DNA of 51,588 nt. It comes from Candidatus Magasanikiibacteriota bacterium. GTDB taxonomy: Bacteria > Patescibacteriota > Patescibacteriia > Magasanikbacterales > UBA922. The translations under genes were made by a program, and so were the position numbers. Below are positions 9,170-19,277 of this stretch, in pieces. The stretch's first letter is position 1. Each line of letters begins with the position of its first letter. The notes beneath the pieces were generated by a model. It did no database searches and had not been told where the DNA came from. It worked only from the letters and a program-made list of their open reading frames with translations. Location of the stretch: NCBI GenBank assembly GCA_018651085.1, contig JABIEQ010000017.1, positions 1 to 51,588 on the forward strand, given 5' to 3'.

Positions 9170-10192
9170 CTAAAACTGTGAAGAAAATCTTAAATCACCT
9201 GATTGAAAATATCGTACATCTTCAATCCCATACTTTGCCATGACTAACCTATTAATTCCCATTCCAAATGCAAATGCTTGCCATTCTTCTGGATCATACC
9301 CACCTTCTTTTACCACATTTGGATGCATAAGTCCGCATCCAAGCATTTCTACCCATTGTTTTCCTTTTCCTAAATCAATTAACATATCAAGCTCAAACCC
9401 CGGTTCAACAAATGGAAAGTATGACGGACGCAAGCGTACTTCGATGTTGTCTTTTTTAAATAACCCCTGCAATAATTCTTTAAGCGTTGCAATAAGGTGT
9501 CCAATATTAATATCCTTTCCAGCTATAAGCCCTTCAAATTGATAAAAGGTATGTTCATGCGTTGCATCAAGGGCTTCATTTCTATATACGCGACCAGGAC
9601 AAGCAAACCTTAGAGGTTTTGTTCCCCCATCACTATACTTTTGCATTGACCGCACCTGCATGTTTGATGTCTGCGTTCTCATAACCCATGTTGGGTTATC
9701 CTTAATATAAAAGGTATCATGTCCATCTCTTGCTGGGTGATGTTCTTCAATATTTACTGCTTGGAAATTATAATAGTCACTTTCTAGCTCTGGCCCATCT
9801 TCTACGATAAATCCCATATCTTTAAAGACTTTTTCGATTTCCCAAGTTCCAAGAGTCATTGGATGAATGTGCCCGGTTTCTTTTTTAGGAAGATATGGTT
9901 GAGTGACATCAATAGATTCTTCTTTTGCAATCTTTGACATCTTTTCCTTTTCAAGCACTTCTTTTTTTTCTCCTAATAATACGAGCAGTTCGTGTTTCAC
10001 ATCATTTGCCATTTGCCCGAATTCTTTTCTTGCATCTTTTTCTAGTCCTTTTAAAGATTTCATGATGTCTGACAGTATTCCTGATTTTCTCCCAAAAAAT
10101 TCTTGTTCTAACTCATCAAGTCCTAAAAAATCTGAGACTTGTTTGAGTCCTTTTTCAAAATCTTTTTTTAGCTTCCCAAGTTCTTTTTTCAT
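9170..10192 (-). CDS. pheS: Phenylalanine--tRNA ligase alpha subunit
   Basis: This is a 340-aa ORF with class II aaRS motifs (HPARDGHDTFYI, FACPGRVYRNE, RPSYFPFVEPGFE, GMGINRLVM). Confidence 0.95.
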   Translation of the reverse strand: MKKELGKLKKDFEKGLKQVSDFLGLDELEQEFFGRKSGILSDIMKSLKGLEKDARKEFGQMANDVKHELLVLLGEKKEVLEKEKMSKIAKEESIDVTQPYLPKKETGHIHPMTLGTWEIEKVFKDMGFIVEDGPELESDYYNFQAVNIEEHHPARDGHDTFYIKDNPTWVMRTQTSNMQVRSMQKYSDGGTKPLRFACPGRVYRNEALDATHEHTFYQFEGLIAGKDINIGHLIATLKELLQGLFKKDNIEVRLRPSYFPFVEPGFELDMLIDLGKGKQWVEMLGCGLMHPNVVKEGGYDPEEWQAFAFGMGINRLVMAKYGIEDVRYFQSGDLRFSSQF

Positions 10193-10198
10193 AGGCTA

Positions 10199-11368
10199 TT
10201 AAAATAATCCAAGGACATCTCTTACGGTTACTACTACAATTAATATCATAAGTAGGGCAAATCCGATAGTGTGTGCAAATTGCTCATACTTTAATGGTAC
10301 TTTCTTTCCAGTGATTTTTTCGATTAATATAAACAATATTCGTCCTCCATCAAGTGCAGGGATAGGGAGAATATTAATAACAGCAAGAGAAAGAGAAATC
10401 ATTGCAGCGGTATTAATGAGGTAATTCAACCCGAGCCTTGCGGATTCCCCGATGATTGACGCAATGCCAACAGGTCCGGCAACTTCAAAAGCAAGCCCTT
10501 GACCTAATATCAATCCTTTAATTAATAGATAAAATGCAATTACTATTTGCACTGTTGCTTTCGCAGCGGCTACAAATCCTTTTGGAATTGCAATGTACCA
10601 TGGGTACCTAATCACTGCAGCATCAACAAGTGATACTCCAATACGCGGGGTATCTTCCCCTTCAATAGTTTTTGGTGTTACTTCCAGATGAGCTTCTTCC
10701 CCTTCTCGTCTTATCACAACATCAAGTGCTGTTTCTCCTTGTTCTTGTACATACGCAATCATTTCTTTTGTCCCTACAATATCTTGATCATTAATACGGA
10801 CAATTTGATCACCAAACTTAAACCCGGCTTCATCTGCTGGAGAATTATTCGTAATTTGTTGAATAATAACACTTGGCGCTTCGACAATAATGGCATGCTT
10901 GTCGTCAAGATTGGTCACATCTGACGGAAGTCCAATAATAAGACCGATTCCAAGAAGGACTCCTGCTAACAAAAAATTCATGATTACACCGGCTGAGAGT
11001 ACTACTAGTTTTTTCCATGTTTTTTGATACCCAAAACTGTCTTTTTCGTTTTCAAACTCTCCGTTCTCTCCTTTTATACGAACGAACCCTCCGAGTGGCA
11101 ACCAATTAAAGGTATAGAGTGTATCTGGAAACTCTTCTTCTTGTTCGTGACCTGCAACTGTTTTTTTAAGATTACTTTTCCCTTTTCCTCTTATCCATTT
11201 CCATTTTCCTGTTTTTGGGTCTTTGTACACACCAAATGCACGCGGTGGAAACCCTAAAGCAAATTCATAGACCTTCATGCCTGACAATCTTGCGGTAATA
11301 AAATGTCCAAATTCATGGACAAATACGAGGACACTTAAAATAATGAGAAATAACAGAATTGTTACCAT
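10199..11368 (-). CDS. rseP: RIP/site-2 zinc metalloprotease RseP (M50 family)
   Basis: It has HEFGHF in the first TM helix, a central PDZ-like region and the NILPIPALDGG motif. The ORF is open to an ATG at 11443. The ATG at 11368 (MVTILLFLIILSVLVFVHEFGH) gives the canonical N-terminus and leaves room for a divergent promoter. Confidence 0.85.
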   Translation of the reverse strand: MVTILLFLIILSVLVFVHEFGHFITARLSGMKVYEFALGFPPRAFGVYKDPKTGKWKWIRGKGKSNLKKTVAGHEQEEEFPDTLYTFNWLPLGGFVRIKGENGEFENEKDSFGYQKTWKKLVVLSAGVIMNFLLAGVLLGIGLIIGLPSDVTNLDDKHAIIVEAPSVIIQQITNNSPADEAGFKFGDQIVRINDQDIVGTKEMIAYVQEQGETALDVVIRREGEEAHLEVTPKTIEGEDTPRIGVSLVDAAVIRYPWYIAIPKGFVAAAKATVQIVIAFYLLIKGLILGQGLAFEVAGPVGIASIIGESARLGLNYLINTAAMISLSLAVINILPIPALDGGRILFILIEKITGKKVPLKYEQFAHTIGFALLMILIVVVTVRDVLGLF

Positions 11369-11372
11369 AGGA

Positions 11373-11402
11373 TTGACGTTTTTTACGCTTTGTCTGTATA
11401 CT
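11373..11402 (+). promoter_or_regulatory. Candidate sigma70 promoter for lemA
   Basis: The -35 TTGACG is at 11373-11378, the spacer is 18 nt, and the -10 TATACT is at 11397-11402. Confidence 0.4.
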
Positions 11403-11456
11403 AATAACGCTAGGATTATCTCATACCTCCTGGTTTTATTCAATAGATTCGTACGT

Positions 11457-12026
11457 ATGATTATTCTTTATATAGTGATAGCCGTGATTGTGCTCCTTCT
11501 CTTGTGGGTTATAGCACTCTACAACGGTCTTATCAAGCTCAAAAACCGCACAACAGAGGCCTGGAGTGACATTGACGTCCAACTTAAACGTCGATATGAC
11601 CTCATTCCAAACTTAATTGCGAGTGTTAAAGGGTACATGCAGCATGAACGAGGTCTTCTTGAAGAAGTAACAAAGCTCCGTTCTCAAGCAATGACTGCAG
11701 AAGCATCAGGGGATCTAGGTGCTATTTCTCAAGCAGAAAGTATGCTTGGAGGAATGCTTTCTAAACTTCAAATTGCCGTTGAAGCATATCCTGACCTTAA
11801 GGCAAACACTAACGTTGCTCAATTAATGGATGAATTGTCTGATACTGAAAATAAGATTCAAGCATCACGACGATTTTACAATGGTATGGTTCGTGACTTC
11901 AATATTAAAATGGAAACATTTCCAAATAATTTGATTGCCGGCATGCTTAACTTCAAGAAGTACGACTTTTTTGAAATTGAAAATGCTGAAGAGCGAGAGA
12001 ATGTAAAAGTTGATTTGTCTTCATAA
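11457..12026 (+). CDS. lemA: LemA family membrane protein
   Basis: The ATG at 11457 gives an N-terminal TM helix followed by the LemA signature YNGLIKLKNRTTEAWSDIDVQLKRRYDLIPNL. The upstream part of the tracked ORF (from 11277) overlaps rseP antisense and is rejected. Confidence 0.85.
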   Translation: MIILYIVIAVIVLLLLWVIALYNGLIKLKNRTTEAWSDIDVQLKRRYDLIPNLIASVKGYMQHERGLLEEVTKLRSQAMTAEASGDLGAISQAESMLGGMLSKLQIAVEAYPDLKANTNVAQLMDELSDTENKIQASRRFYNGMVRDFNIKMETFPNNLIAGMLNFKKYDFFEIENAEERENVKVDLSS

Positions 12027-12040
12027 CATTACTTTTCGTA

Positions 12041-12070
12041 AAAAATACGCCTTTTAGGGTGTATTTTTTA
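12041..12070 (+). terminator. Rho-independent terminator after lemA
   Basis: The stem ATACGCC (12045-12051) pairs with GGTGTAT (12058-12064) with one G.U pair, followed by TTTTTT. Confidence 0.65.
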
Positions 12071-12134
12071 TTCTTTTCCTACTTGCTTCTCTTCCTTATT
12101 CGGTGTAGCATAGAAATGCTAAAAACTCTACAAT

Positions 12135-13001
12135 ATGTATTCACAAATTGACTCAAATAAACGAAAAACCGTATTTCTTATCATGATCTTTCTTATCATG
12201 ATTATTGCATTGGGATGGCTTTTAGGAGTGTATCTTGATTATGGCTACGGAGTATTTCTTTTTGCAGTTCTTTTTTCTATTGGATCTAGCCTTATTAGTT
12301 ATTATCATGGTGATAAAGTTGCGCTTCGCTCTACTAAGGCAAAACTTATAAAAAAAGAAGATAACCCGTATGTATACCGGATGGTAGAAAACCTTTGTAT
12401 CTCGTCAGGGATGCCCGTTCCCAAGGTGCATATTATTGATTCTCCTGCGCTGAATGCCTTTGCTACTGGACGAGATCCGGAGCACGCATCTATTGCCATT
12501 ACGAGTGGGCTTATTCAAGCATTAGAAAATGAAGAACTTGAAGGTGTTATTGCTCATGAACTTTCTCATATAAAAAACTATGACATTCGTGTCATGACTA
12601 TTGTAGTTGTGCTTGTAGGAACCATTGCTATTATGGCTGATTGGTTCTTTCGTATCCGTCTTTTTGGTGGATCTGATAACAAAAAAGCAGGTGGAGCTAT
12701 TCTTGTTATTAGTCTTCTTCTTTTACTTGTCTCCCCTATTGTTGCTGAACTTATCAAGCTTGCGATTTCAAGAAAGCGAGAATATCTTGCTGATGCATCA
12801 GGAGCACTGTTAACCAGATACCCAGAAGGGCTAGCTCGCGCACTTGAAAAAATACACGCATCAAATCAACCACTAAAAACGGCAAATAGTGCAACGGCGC
12901 ATTTATTTATCTCAAATCCGTTTAAACGAAAAACGCTTACATCATTTTTCTCTACTCACCCACCGGCAGAAGAACGAATTAAACGACTTCGATCAATGTA
13001 A
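12135..13001 (+). CDS. htpX: Zinc metalloprotease HtpX (M48 family)
   Basis: This is a 288-aa ORF with four predicted TM segments, the HExxH motif HELSHIKNYD, and a downstream EYLADASGALLT motif. Confidence 0.9.
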   Translation: MYSQIDSNKRKTVFLIMIFLIMIIALGWLLGVYLDYGYGVFLFAVLFSIGSSLISYYHGDKVALRSTKAKLIKKEDNPYVYRMVENLCISSGMPVPKVHIIDSPALNAFATGRDPEHASIAITSGLIQALENEELEGVIAHELSHIKNYDIRVMTIVVVLVGTIAIMADWFFRIRLFGGSDNKKAGGAILVISLLLLLVSPIVAELIKLAISRKREYLADASGALLTRYPEGLARALEKIHASNQPLKTANSATAHLFISNPFKRKTLTSFFSTHPPAEERIKRLRSM

Positions 13002-13005
13002 CTTT

Positions 13006-14508
13006 ATGATACGTCTTTTTCGACTTTATCGACTTGAAGGAATTGTTTTTTGTACTGGTGCTATTATTTTAGTTCTTGAAATTGCTGGATCTCGTGTCTT
13101 TGCACCGTATTTAGGAACGTCTATTTTTATTTGGACGAGTCTTATTGGTATTATCCTTGCGAGCTTAAGTCTTGGCTATCATTTAGGTGGTAAACTTGCT
13201 GACAAAAATCCAAATTACAAAACATTTGCAAGCATTCTTTTTTTCTCTGGCGTTGCGGTCCTTTTTTTAACACTTATTAAAACGCCGTTTCTTACCTTTG
13301 TTCGTTATACATTTACGGATATTAGGCTTGCTGCTCTTATTTCTACCATTGTCCTTTTTGGACCAGCAAGTACGCTTCTGGCAATGGCTTCTCCGTACGC
13401 AGTACGGCTAAAACTTAACACTATTGAGATGAGTGGAAAAACTATTGGAAACTTGTATGCCATTTCTACGGTTGGGAGTATTGTAGGAACGTTTCTTACG
13501 GGATTTGTCTTATTTTCTTACTTTCACTTAACCCACATTCTCTTTTCTTTAGCTATTTTGTTATTTATACTGTCGTTTATTGCAGCATCATCCTATAGAC
13601 GAGTTCATACTCTTATCCTTCTTCTTTTTTGTGCTGGATCAATGATCGTATCGTCAGAAGCTCAAGCGCTTCTTCAACAGAACGGGATCATTGTTCGTGA
13701 GAGTCCGTATCAACATATTGAAGTGTATACACAAGACACGTATCGCGAACAGAATAGAAAAACACGTGTGATGCGAACAGGAACAGGAGGCACGCAATCT
13801 GCGATGTTTCTTGATGCACCAGATGAATTAGTATTTAGTTATGCAAAAATGTTTCGCTTAGCTGAATATACAACCCCAAATATTCAAAGTGGTCTTATCA
13901 TTGGCGGAGGTGTTCACTCATATACCAAACATTTTTTAAACACCTATGCATCGTCTAGTTTAGATGTTGCTGAAATTGATCCGGTCTTAACGGAGCTTGC
14001 AAGAGAATACTTTTTTCTGACAGACTCCCCTCGGCTTCGTTTGGCTGACGAAGATGGGCGAACCTTTTTACAACACCAAGATAAAACATATGACGTTGTC
14101 TATCTTGATGCTTTTCGATCTAACAATAATATTCCGTTTCATTTAACGACCAAAGAATTTTTTGATGAAATCGATGTACACCTTAATGAGAATGGGACCC
14201 TTATTGTAAATATGATTAGTGCTTTTGAGGGAGAAAAAAGTGAATTTTTTTGGGCAGTGTTTGGGACGCTATCTCAAACATACCCTCAAGTGTATGCATT
14301 TCAAGTTCAGGATGAAAAAGCACCTGACGAACGACAAAACATCCTTCTTCTGGCAACTAAAAATATAGCCCCATTTTCCTTTGATAATGAAACTGAGTTT
14401 CAACAACTCTTTGAAACCCGCTATACAGGGGATCTTTTACTTGATTTACCACCCCTTACTGATGAATTTGCCCCAGTTGATCACTATACGAGACACTTAC
14501 AAATATGA
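13006..14508 (+). CDS. Fused polytopic membrane domain / spermidine synthase-like methyltransferase-fold protein
   Basis: The ATG at 13006 lies 5 nt after the htpX stop. About 230 aa of TM helices are followed by a spermidine-synthase-like domain (GLIIGGGVHSYTKHF, LDVAEIDP, YDVVYLDAF). The TGA stop overlaps the next start (ATGA). Confidence 0.7.
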   Translation: MIRLFRLYRLEGIVFCTGAIILVLEIAGSRVFAPYLGTSIFIWTSLIGIILASLSLGYHLGGKLADKNPNYKTFASILFFSGVAVLFLTLIKTPFLTFVRYTFTDIRLAALISTIVLFGPASTLLAMASPYAVRLKLNTIEMSGKTIGNLYAISTVGSIVGTFLTGFVLFSYFHLTHILFSLAILLFILSFIAASSYRRVHTLILLLFCAGSMIVSSEAQALLQQNGIIVRESPYQHIEVYTQDTYREQNRKTRVMRTGTGGTQSAMFLDAPDELVFSYAKMFRLAEYTTPNIQSGLIIGGGVHSYTKHFLNTYASSSLDVAEIDPVLTELAREYFFLTDSPRLRLADEDGRTFLQHQDKTYDVVYLDAFRSNNNIPFHLTTKEFFDEIDVHLNENGTLIVNMISAFEGEKSEFFWAVFGTLSQTYPQVYAFQVQDEKAPDERQNILLLATKNIAPFSFDNETEFQQLFETRYTGDLLLDLPPLTDEFAPVDHYTRHLQI

Positions 14509-14894
14509 TCACTCATGCACTTCGTCTTACTCCGGGACAAGATATAAAAAAAGAAATTACGTTGTACGTACAAAAAAACAGCATCGCTGCTGGTGTTATT
14601 CTGAGTTGTGTTGGAAGTCTTACTCGTGCAACCCTTCGCTTGGCAGATGAACGTATTACCAAAAACTACGAAGAAAAATTTGAAATAGTTTCTCTTACAG
14701 GAACTCTGTCTCCTGATGGCTGTCACCTACACATGTCCATTGCAAATAAAGATGGGCATGTATTTGGAGGACATATGAAAGATAATTGTCTGGTGTACTC
14801 TACTGCTGAGATTGTTATTGGTGTGTGTGAACATCTTGCGTTTACAAGAGTGCACGATAACGACACCGGGTTTAAAGAATTACAGATTAAATAA
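14505..14894 (+). CDS. PPC (DUF296) domain protein
   Basis: This is a 129-aa ORF. The pattern HALRLTPGQD...AGVILSCVGSLTRATLR...EIVSLTGTLSPDGCHLHMSIANKDGHVFGGH is typical of PPC/DUF296 proteins. Confidence 0.65.
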   Translation: MITHALRLTPGQDIKKEITLYVQKNSIAAGVILSCVGSLTRATLRLADERITKNYEEKFEIVSLTGTLSPDGCHLHMSIANKDGHVFGGHMKDNCLVYSTAEIVIGVCEHLAFTRVHDNDTGFKELQIK

Positions 14895-14902
14895 TACTAC
14901 AA

Positions 14903-14931
14903 ATAAAAAAGTCGCCATAGGCGACTTTTTT
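14903..14931. terminator. Bidirectional terminator between convergent genes
   Basis: The stem AGTCGCC (14910-14916) pairs with GGCGACT (14920-14926), with an A-run upstream and a T-run downstream. Confidence 0.75.
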
Positions 14932-16294
14932 ATTCTTTAATAATCTGTGACACTTCTTCTACCTTTTCTTTTACAATGTCTTCATTCATCCCTTCTAAGT
15001 TTAATCGTACAGTGTTTTCCGTGTTTGAAGCACGAACATTAAACCACCAATCTTTCCATTCAAAAGTGACTCCGTCAAAATCATAAGTAAAATGATCTTC
15101 ATACTTCGCAAGCAATGCATCAAATACTTTTTGCTTATCTTCTACTGAAAAGTTTATTTCTCCAGAGTGAATATATCTTTTAAAAGGTGCAATAAACTCA
15201 GATAGGGTTTTTCCACTTTCTGAAAGTTCTTTTAGAAAATAAAGTGTTACAAGTTCCGGCATTTCAAAGAAACCATACGGTGAATCATAAAAAAAGTGTC
15301 CTGAAGACTCTCCTGCAAACGGTGCGCCAATTTCTCTTGCCTTTTCTTTTATAAGAGAATGCCCCACGCGGGTAACCACCGGGATTCCTCCAGCTTCTTC
15401 AATAAGGTCAACGGTAATACGACCCGGTCTAATATCATATCCAATTGAAGCCCCAGCATGATCTCGCAATATAATTTGTGCGAGTACTCCTCGAAGAATT
15501 GCTGGTGGCACTGTTTCTCCTTTTTCATCAATAAAAAATATTCTGTCAGCATCTCCGTCTAATGCAATTCCAAGGTCAGCACCAATTTCTCTTACTTTTT
15601 CTTGAATATCTTTATTGTTCTTTTCTTTTAAAGGGTTTGATTCATGATTTGGAAATGTTCCGTCGAGCTCAAAGAAAAGTTTTTCTACAGTACAAGGAAG
15701 ATGCGTAAAAAGTGCTTCCATTAATGGCCCTCCCATACCGTTTCCCGGATCTATTACGATATTAAAGGGTTTGATACCTTCTTTTGCTACTCTGCTACGT
15801 GCATAGTCAATTTGTTTTTCTAATATTCCTTCGACTTTCGCATATGAACCTAATTGTTCCTGCTTAATCCATTCATTTTTTTCTGCAAGATCTCTAATGG
15901 TATAAATTCCTGTTTCCCCACTCACAGGGACGGCTTTTGCTCTTACCATTTTGCAACCATTATATTCAGCAGGATTATGTGAGGCAGTAATTTGTATTCC
16001 TCCATCAACACCAAGATACCCTACTCCAAAATAAAAGGTAGGGGTTGAGGCAAGTCCAATATCTACAATATTTACTCCTTGATCTCTTAAAGCCTTTATT
16101 ACAACATTTTTTAACGGAATTGAAGAATCCCTCATATCTTGGCATACCACAAGAGTGACATCTTCTTTTTTGGTATCTTCTTTTATAAATACAGCAAAGG
16201 CTTTTGCAATTCGTTCAACGAGGTCTTCATTGATCTCATTTGGGTATTTCCCCCTAATATCGTAGGCTTTAAAAATGTGGGATGGAAATGACAT
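14930..16294 (-). CDS. Phosphomannomutase/phosphoglucomutase (alpha-D-phosphohexomutase)
   Basis: This is a 454-aa ORF with the active-site serine loop TASHNPAEYNGCK, the metal loop LDGDADR and the sugar loop GESSGH. Confidence 0.9.
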   Translation of the reverse strand: MSFPSHIFKAYDIRGKYPNEINEDLVERIAKAFAVFIKEDTKKEDVTLVVCQDMRDSSIPLKNVVIKALRDQGVNIVDIGLASTPTFYFGVGYLGVDGGIQITASHNPAEYNGCKMVRAKAVPVSGETGIYTIRDLAEKNEWIKQEQLGSYAKVEGILEKQIDYARSRVAKEGIKPFNIVIDPGNGMGGPLMEALFTHLPCTVEKLFFELDGTFPNHESNPLKEKNNKDIQEKVREIGADLGIALDGDADRIFFIDEKGETVPPAILRGVLAQIILRDHAGASIGYDIRPGRITVDLIEEAGGIPVVTRVGHSLIKEKAREIGAPFAGESSGHFFYDSPYGFFEMPELVTLYFLKELSESGKTLSEFIAPFKRYIHSGEINFSVEDKQKVFDALLAKYEDHFTYDFDGVTFEWKDWWFNVRASNTENTVRLNLEGMNEDIVKEKVEEVSQIIKE

Positions 16295-16312
16295 ATATCA
16301 GTATATTTTAGA

Positions 16313-16342
16313 TTGACATTTTGGACTTTTTTAGTATATACT
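16313..16342 (+). promoter_or_regulatory. Candidate sigma70 promoter for clpC
   Basis: TTGACA is at 16313-16318. The -10 is either TATATA (16335-16340, 16-nt spacer) or TATACT (16337-16342, 18-nt spacer). Confidence 0.45.
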
Positions 16343-16386
16343 AGCTTTATATTTTTCGCAAAAATAGCTTAAGTAAACGGTTTTTT

Positions 16387-18900
16387 ATGACTCCAGAAAA
16401 ACTTCTTGATCAATTTTCAACTCATCTTAAACAAGTTATTACTCGCAGCCTTGCAATGGCTGTTTCTTATGGTGAAACAGATGTCCGTCCAATATACCTC
16501 TTTTTGGCACTTTTAAAAGAATCTGGATCTATTGGTACTGAAATTCTTTCTCGTCATGAGATTACTGATACAGAAGTTTCTTATACTCCAAAGATAACCC
16601 CAAATAAAAAATCTTCTCAAGATGCGACGACTATCCCTGAACTTAATGAATACGCAAAGCGTGCACTTGAAAAAGCAATTTTACTTGCATATGAACATGC
16701 TCATAATTATGTAGGTACAGAACACCTTTTATATGGTCTTCTTGATATTGAAGACTCGATCATTGAATCTGCTATTCAAAAATGTAGTGTTGAGGTTGAT
16801 ACTCTTTTTGATCATATTGATACAACCATGGCGAGTGCAAGTCGCTTTCCTGATATGCAAGACGTGAGTGACGTTATGGATCAACTCAGTGATATTGAAG
16901 AACTTCCTGATCAAACACCCTCTAAAACATCTACGAAAAAAAGGAAAAAACAAAAACAACCATCAGCACTTGAAATGTTCACGGTCAAACTGACTGATTC
17001 AAAAATTCAAGCGACCATTGATCCTGTTATAGGAAGAGAAAAAGAAATTGACAGGCTTATTCATATTTTGTGTCGACGTACCAAAAATAATCCTGTATTA
17101 GTTGGTGAACCTGGTGTTGGAAAAACAGCCATCGTTGAAGGTCTTTCTAAACGGATTCTTTCAGGAGATGTTCCTGATGTGTTAAAAAGAAAAACGGTTC
17201 TTTCTCTTGATTTAACGCTCCTTATTGCAGGAACTATTTATCGAGGAGAATTTGAAGCACGGATGAAGCACGTCATAGATGAACTCGCAACACATCCTGA
17301 TTATATTTTGTTTATTGATGAGGTTCACAATATTATCGGAGCTGGGTCAAATCAAGGAACGATGGATGCTGCTAATATTTTAAAACCAGCACTTGCAAGA
17401 GGACAACTTCGTTGTATTGGAGCTACCACAATTGATGAATATACCAAACATATTAGTGGAGACCCAGCACTTGAAAGACGATTTCAAGCAATTCCTGTTG
17501 AAGAACCAAGTACTGATGAAGCTATATCTATCTTATCTGGTATTAAAAAACATTATGAATCTTTTCATGATGTTACCATATCAGCGGCTGCAATTACGGC
17601 AGCGGTGACGCTTAGCACAAAATACATCCATAATTCTTTTTTACCTGACAAAGCAATTGATTTGATTGATGAAGCCGCAGCAGCAGTTCGCGCAACGCGT
17701 CTGACTCCCCCAATTGAAAAAAAATATCAAGAACTTCTTGATAAACAAGCCTTATACGAAAAACGTAAAGAAGAAGCTATTTTAGCAGAAGCATTTGATG
17801 AAGCCATGAAGTGGAAAACAAAAGTTGAACGCATGGAGAAAAAAATTGCTATTTTTTCTAAACAACAAGAAAAAGGACCAAAAATAACACCTCAAAAAGT
17901 AGGTGACCAACACATTATCGATGCTCTGGCACGACGCTTAGGTATTGATTCTTCGTTTATTGTTGTTGACGATTGGAAACATCTTCATAATCTCGAGGAA
18001 CGCCTTCGTACTCATGTTATTGGACAAGATGAGGCGGTATCTTCTGTGGTTAGAACTCTTCGCCAAGCACACGTCGGTCTTCGTAAAGGTACGAAACCGC
18101 TTGCTTCCTTTTTGTTTGTGGGACCAAGTGGTGTTGGAAAAACAAAACTCGCAAAAAGCTTAGCTCGCGAATTGTATAACGATGAAAAAGCACTCATTAA
18201 TTTAAATATGAGTGAATTTAGTGAAGCTCACGGAGTATCAAAAATATTAGGTTCTCCAGCCGGATACATTGGGCACAAAGAAAGAAATCATTTTATAGAT
18301 TCATTAAAAAAACGTCCGTATGCCGTGGTCTTATTTGATGAATTTGATAAAGCACATCCTGATGTTAGAAAACTTTTATTACAATTACTTGACGAAGGAA
18401 CGCTTACTGATAGTCGTGGGAAGAAAGTTCATTTTAGACATGCAGTGATTATTCTTACAAGTACACTTGGATCAATGCATTTAACTAAAAATGGGCTAGG
18501 GTTTGGTTCAACAACAACCAAGCAGCAAGCAAAAAAAGCACAACATCATGCTGTTATTAAAGATCTTAAAGAAACGTTTGGTGTTGAACTTATGAGCCGT
18601 ATCCAATCTACCTGTGTCTTTTCCCCTCTTCAAGAAGCTCATATAGAAAAAATCATCCGCAACCACATTACCATGCTTAGTGATCACTTCTTTGCTACAA
18701 AAGATTTTCGTATTACTCCTCTTAAAACGGCTATTACGAAACTTGCAAAATCATCATATGCTCCTGACACTGGCGCAAGACATATTGAAAAGATGATTGA
18801 TGATGTTGTTCATAACCTGGTGATCGATTTATTGTCTCAAGAGGAACGAAAAAAACGCTATACACTTAAGCACGCAAACGAATCTTTCACCCTTTCTTAA
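16387..18900 (+). CDS. clpC: AAA+ unfoldase ClpC-type (Clp protease ATP-binding subunit)
   Basis: This is an 837-aa ORF with a Clp_N repeat N-domain and two Walker A motifs (GEPGVGKT, GPSGVGKT). The middle linker is short (ClpC-like, not ClpB-length). A GLGFG loop is compatible with ClpP docking. Confidence 0.85.
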   Translation: MTPEKLLDQFSTHLKQVITRSLAMAVSYGETDVRPIYLFLALLKESGSIGTEILSRHEITDTEVSYTPKITPNKKSSQDATTIPELNEYAKRALEKAILLAYEHAHNYVGTEHLLYGLLDIEDSIIESAIQKCSVEVDTLFDHIDTTMASASRFPDMQDVSDVMDQLSDIEELPDQTPSKTSTKKRKKQKQPSALEMFTVKLTDSKIQATIDPVIGREKEIDRLIHILCRRTKNNPVLVGEPGVGKTAIVEGLSKRILSGDVPDVLKRKTVLSLDLTLLIAGTIYRGEFEARMKHVIDELATHPDYILFIDEVHNIIGAGSNQGTMDAANILKPALARGQLRCIGATTIDEYTKHISGDPALERRFQAIPVEEPSTDEAISILSGIKKHYESFHDVTISAAAITAAVTLSTKYIHNSFLPDKAIDLIDEAAAAVRATRLTPPIEKKYQELLDKQALYEKRKEEAILAEAFDEAMKWKTKVERMEKKIAIFSKQQEKGPKITPQKVGDQHIIDALARRLGIDSSFIVVDDWKHLHNLEERLRTHVIGQDEAVSSVVRTLRQAHVGLRKGTKPLASFLFVGPSGVGKTKLAKSLARELYNDEKALINLNMSEFSEAHGVSKILGSPAGYIGHKERNHFIDSLKKRPYAVVLFDEFDKAHPDVRKLLLQLLDEGTLTDSRGKKVHFRHAVIILTSTLGSMHLTKNGLGFGSTTTKQQAKKAQHHAVIKDLKETFGVELMSRIQSTCVFSPLQEAHIEKIIRNHITMLSDHFFATKDFRITPLKTAITKLAKSSYAPDTGARHIEKMIDDVVHNLVIDLLSQEERKKRYTLKHANESFTLS

Positions 18901-18922
18901 TCCTTCTTTTGCTTGTCATTTT

Positions 18923-19270
18923 ATGGATTCAGATACGCAACACGATTGGGCCATTGCCCTTAAAAAACAAAAACATCACACAACTAGACAAGGTCAAGCT
19001 TCTTTTGTGATTCAACAAAAAGAATTAAAAGATGCTTTTAGTTACCATAAAGAAAAACTTCTTACTGCTTGTGCAGTAAAAGACAAAAATACTATTGATA
19101 CTGAAATAAAAAAGCTTATATCTCTTCGTGCAAAACAAACTGTTCTTGATATGCAAGACATTAAAACACTGTATGGAGAGTTAAGTACTGATGTGCTTGA
19201 TAGCTACATGCACCACTACACTAAAGATTGTGCCCGCCTTATACATGGTGTTAATCTTCTTTTAGCATAA
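18923..19270 (+). CDS. Hypothetical protein (115 aa)
   Basis: The ORF starts 22 nt after clpC on the same strand with no terminator between. I recognise no family. Confidence 0.5.
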   Translation: MDSDTQHDWAIALKKQKHHTTRQGQASFVIQQKELKDAFSYHKEKLLTACAVKDKNTIDTEIKKLISLRAKQTVLDMQDIKTLYGELSTDVLDSYMHHYTKDCARLIHGVNLLLA

Positions 19271-19277
19271 TGCGACT

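Noticed and set aside
11277-11456. Extended 5' portions of tracked ORFs: 11277 for lemA, 12889 for the spermidine-synthase-like gene, 31842 for the LCP gene, 11443 for rseP
   Set aside because: The extensions overlap the neighbouring or divergent genes and add non-conserved residues ahead of canonical N-termini. Internal ATGs (11457, 13006, 31977, 11368) give the expected TM-first architectures.
16311-16328. ATTGACATTTTGGACT upstream of clpC as a possible CtsR operator (reverse of AGTCAAA-N3-AGTCAAA)
   Set aside because: Both half-sites have mismatches. The repeat spacing is 9 rather than 10 nt. The first half is simply the -35 hexamer. No ctsR gene is present in the window.
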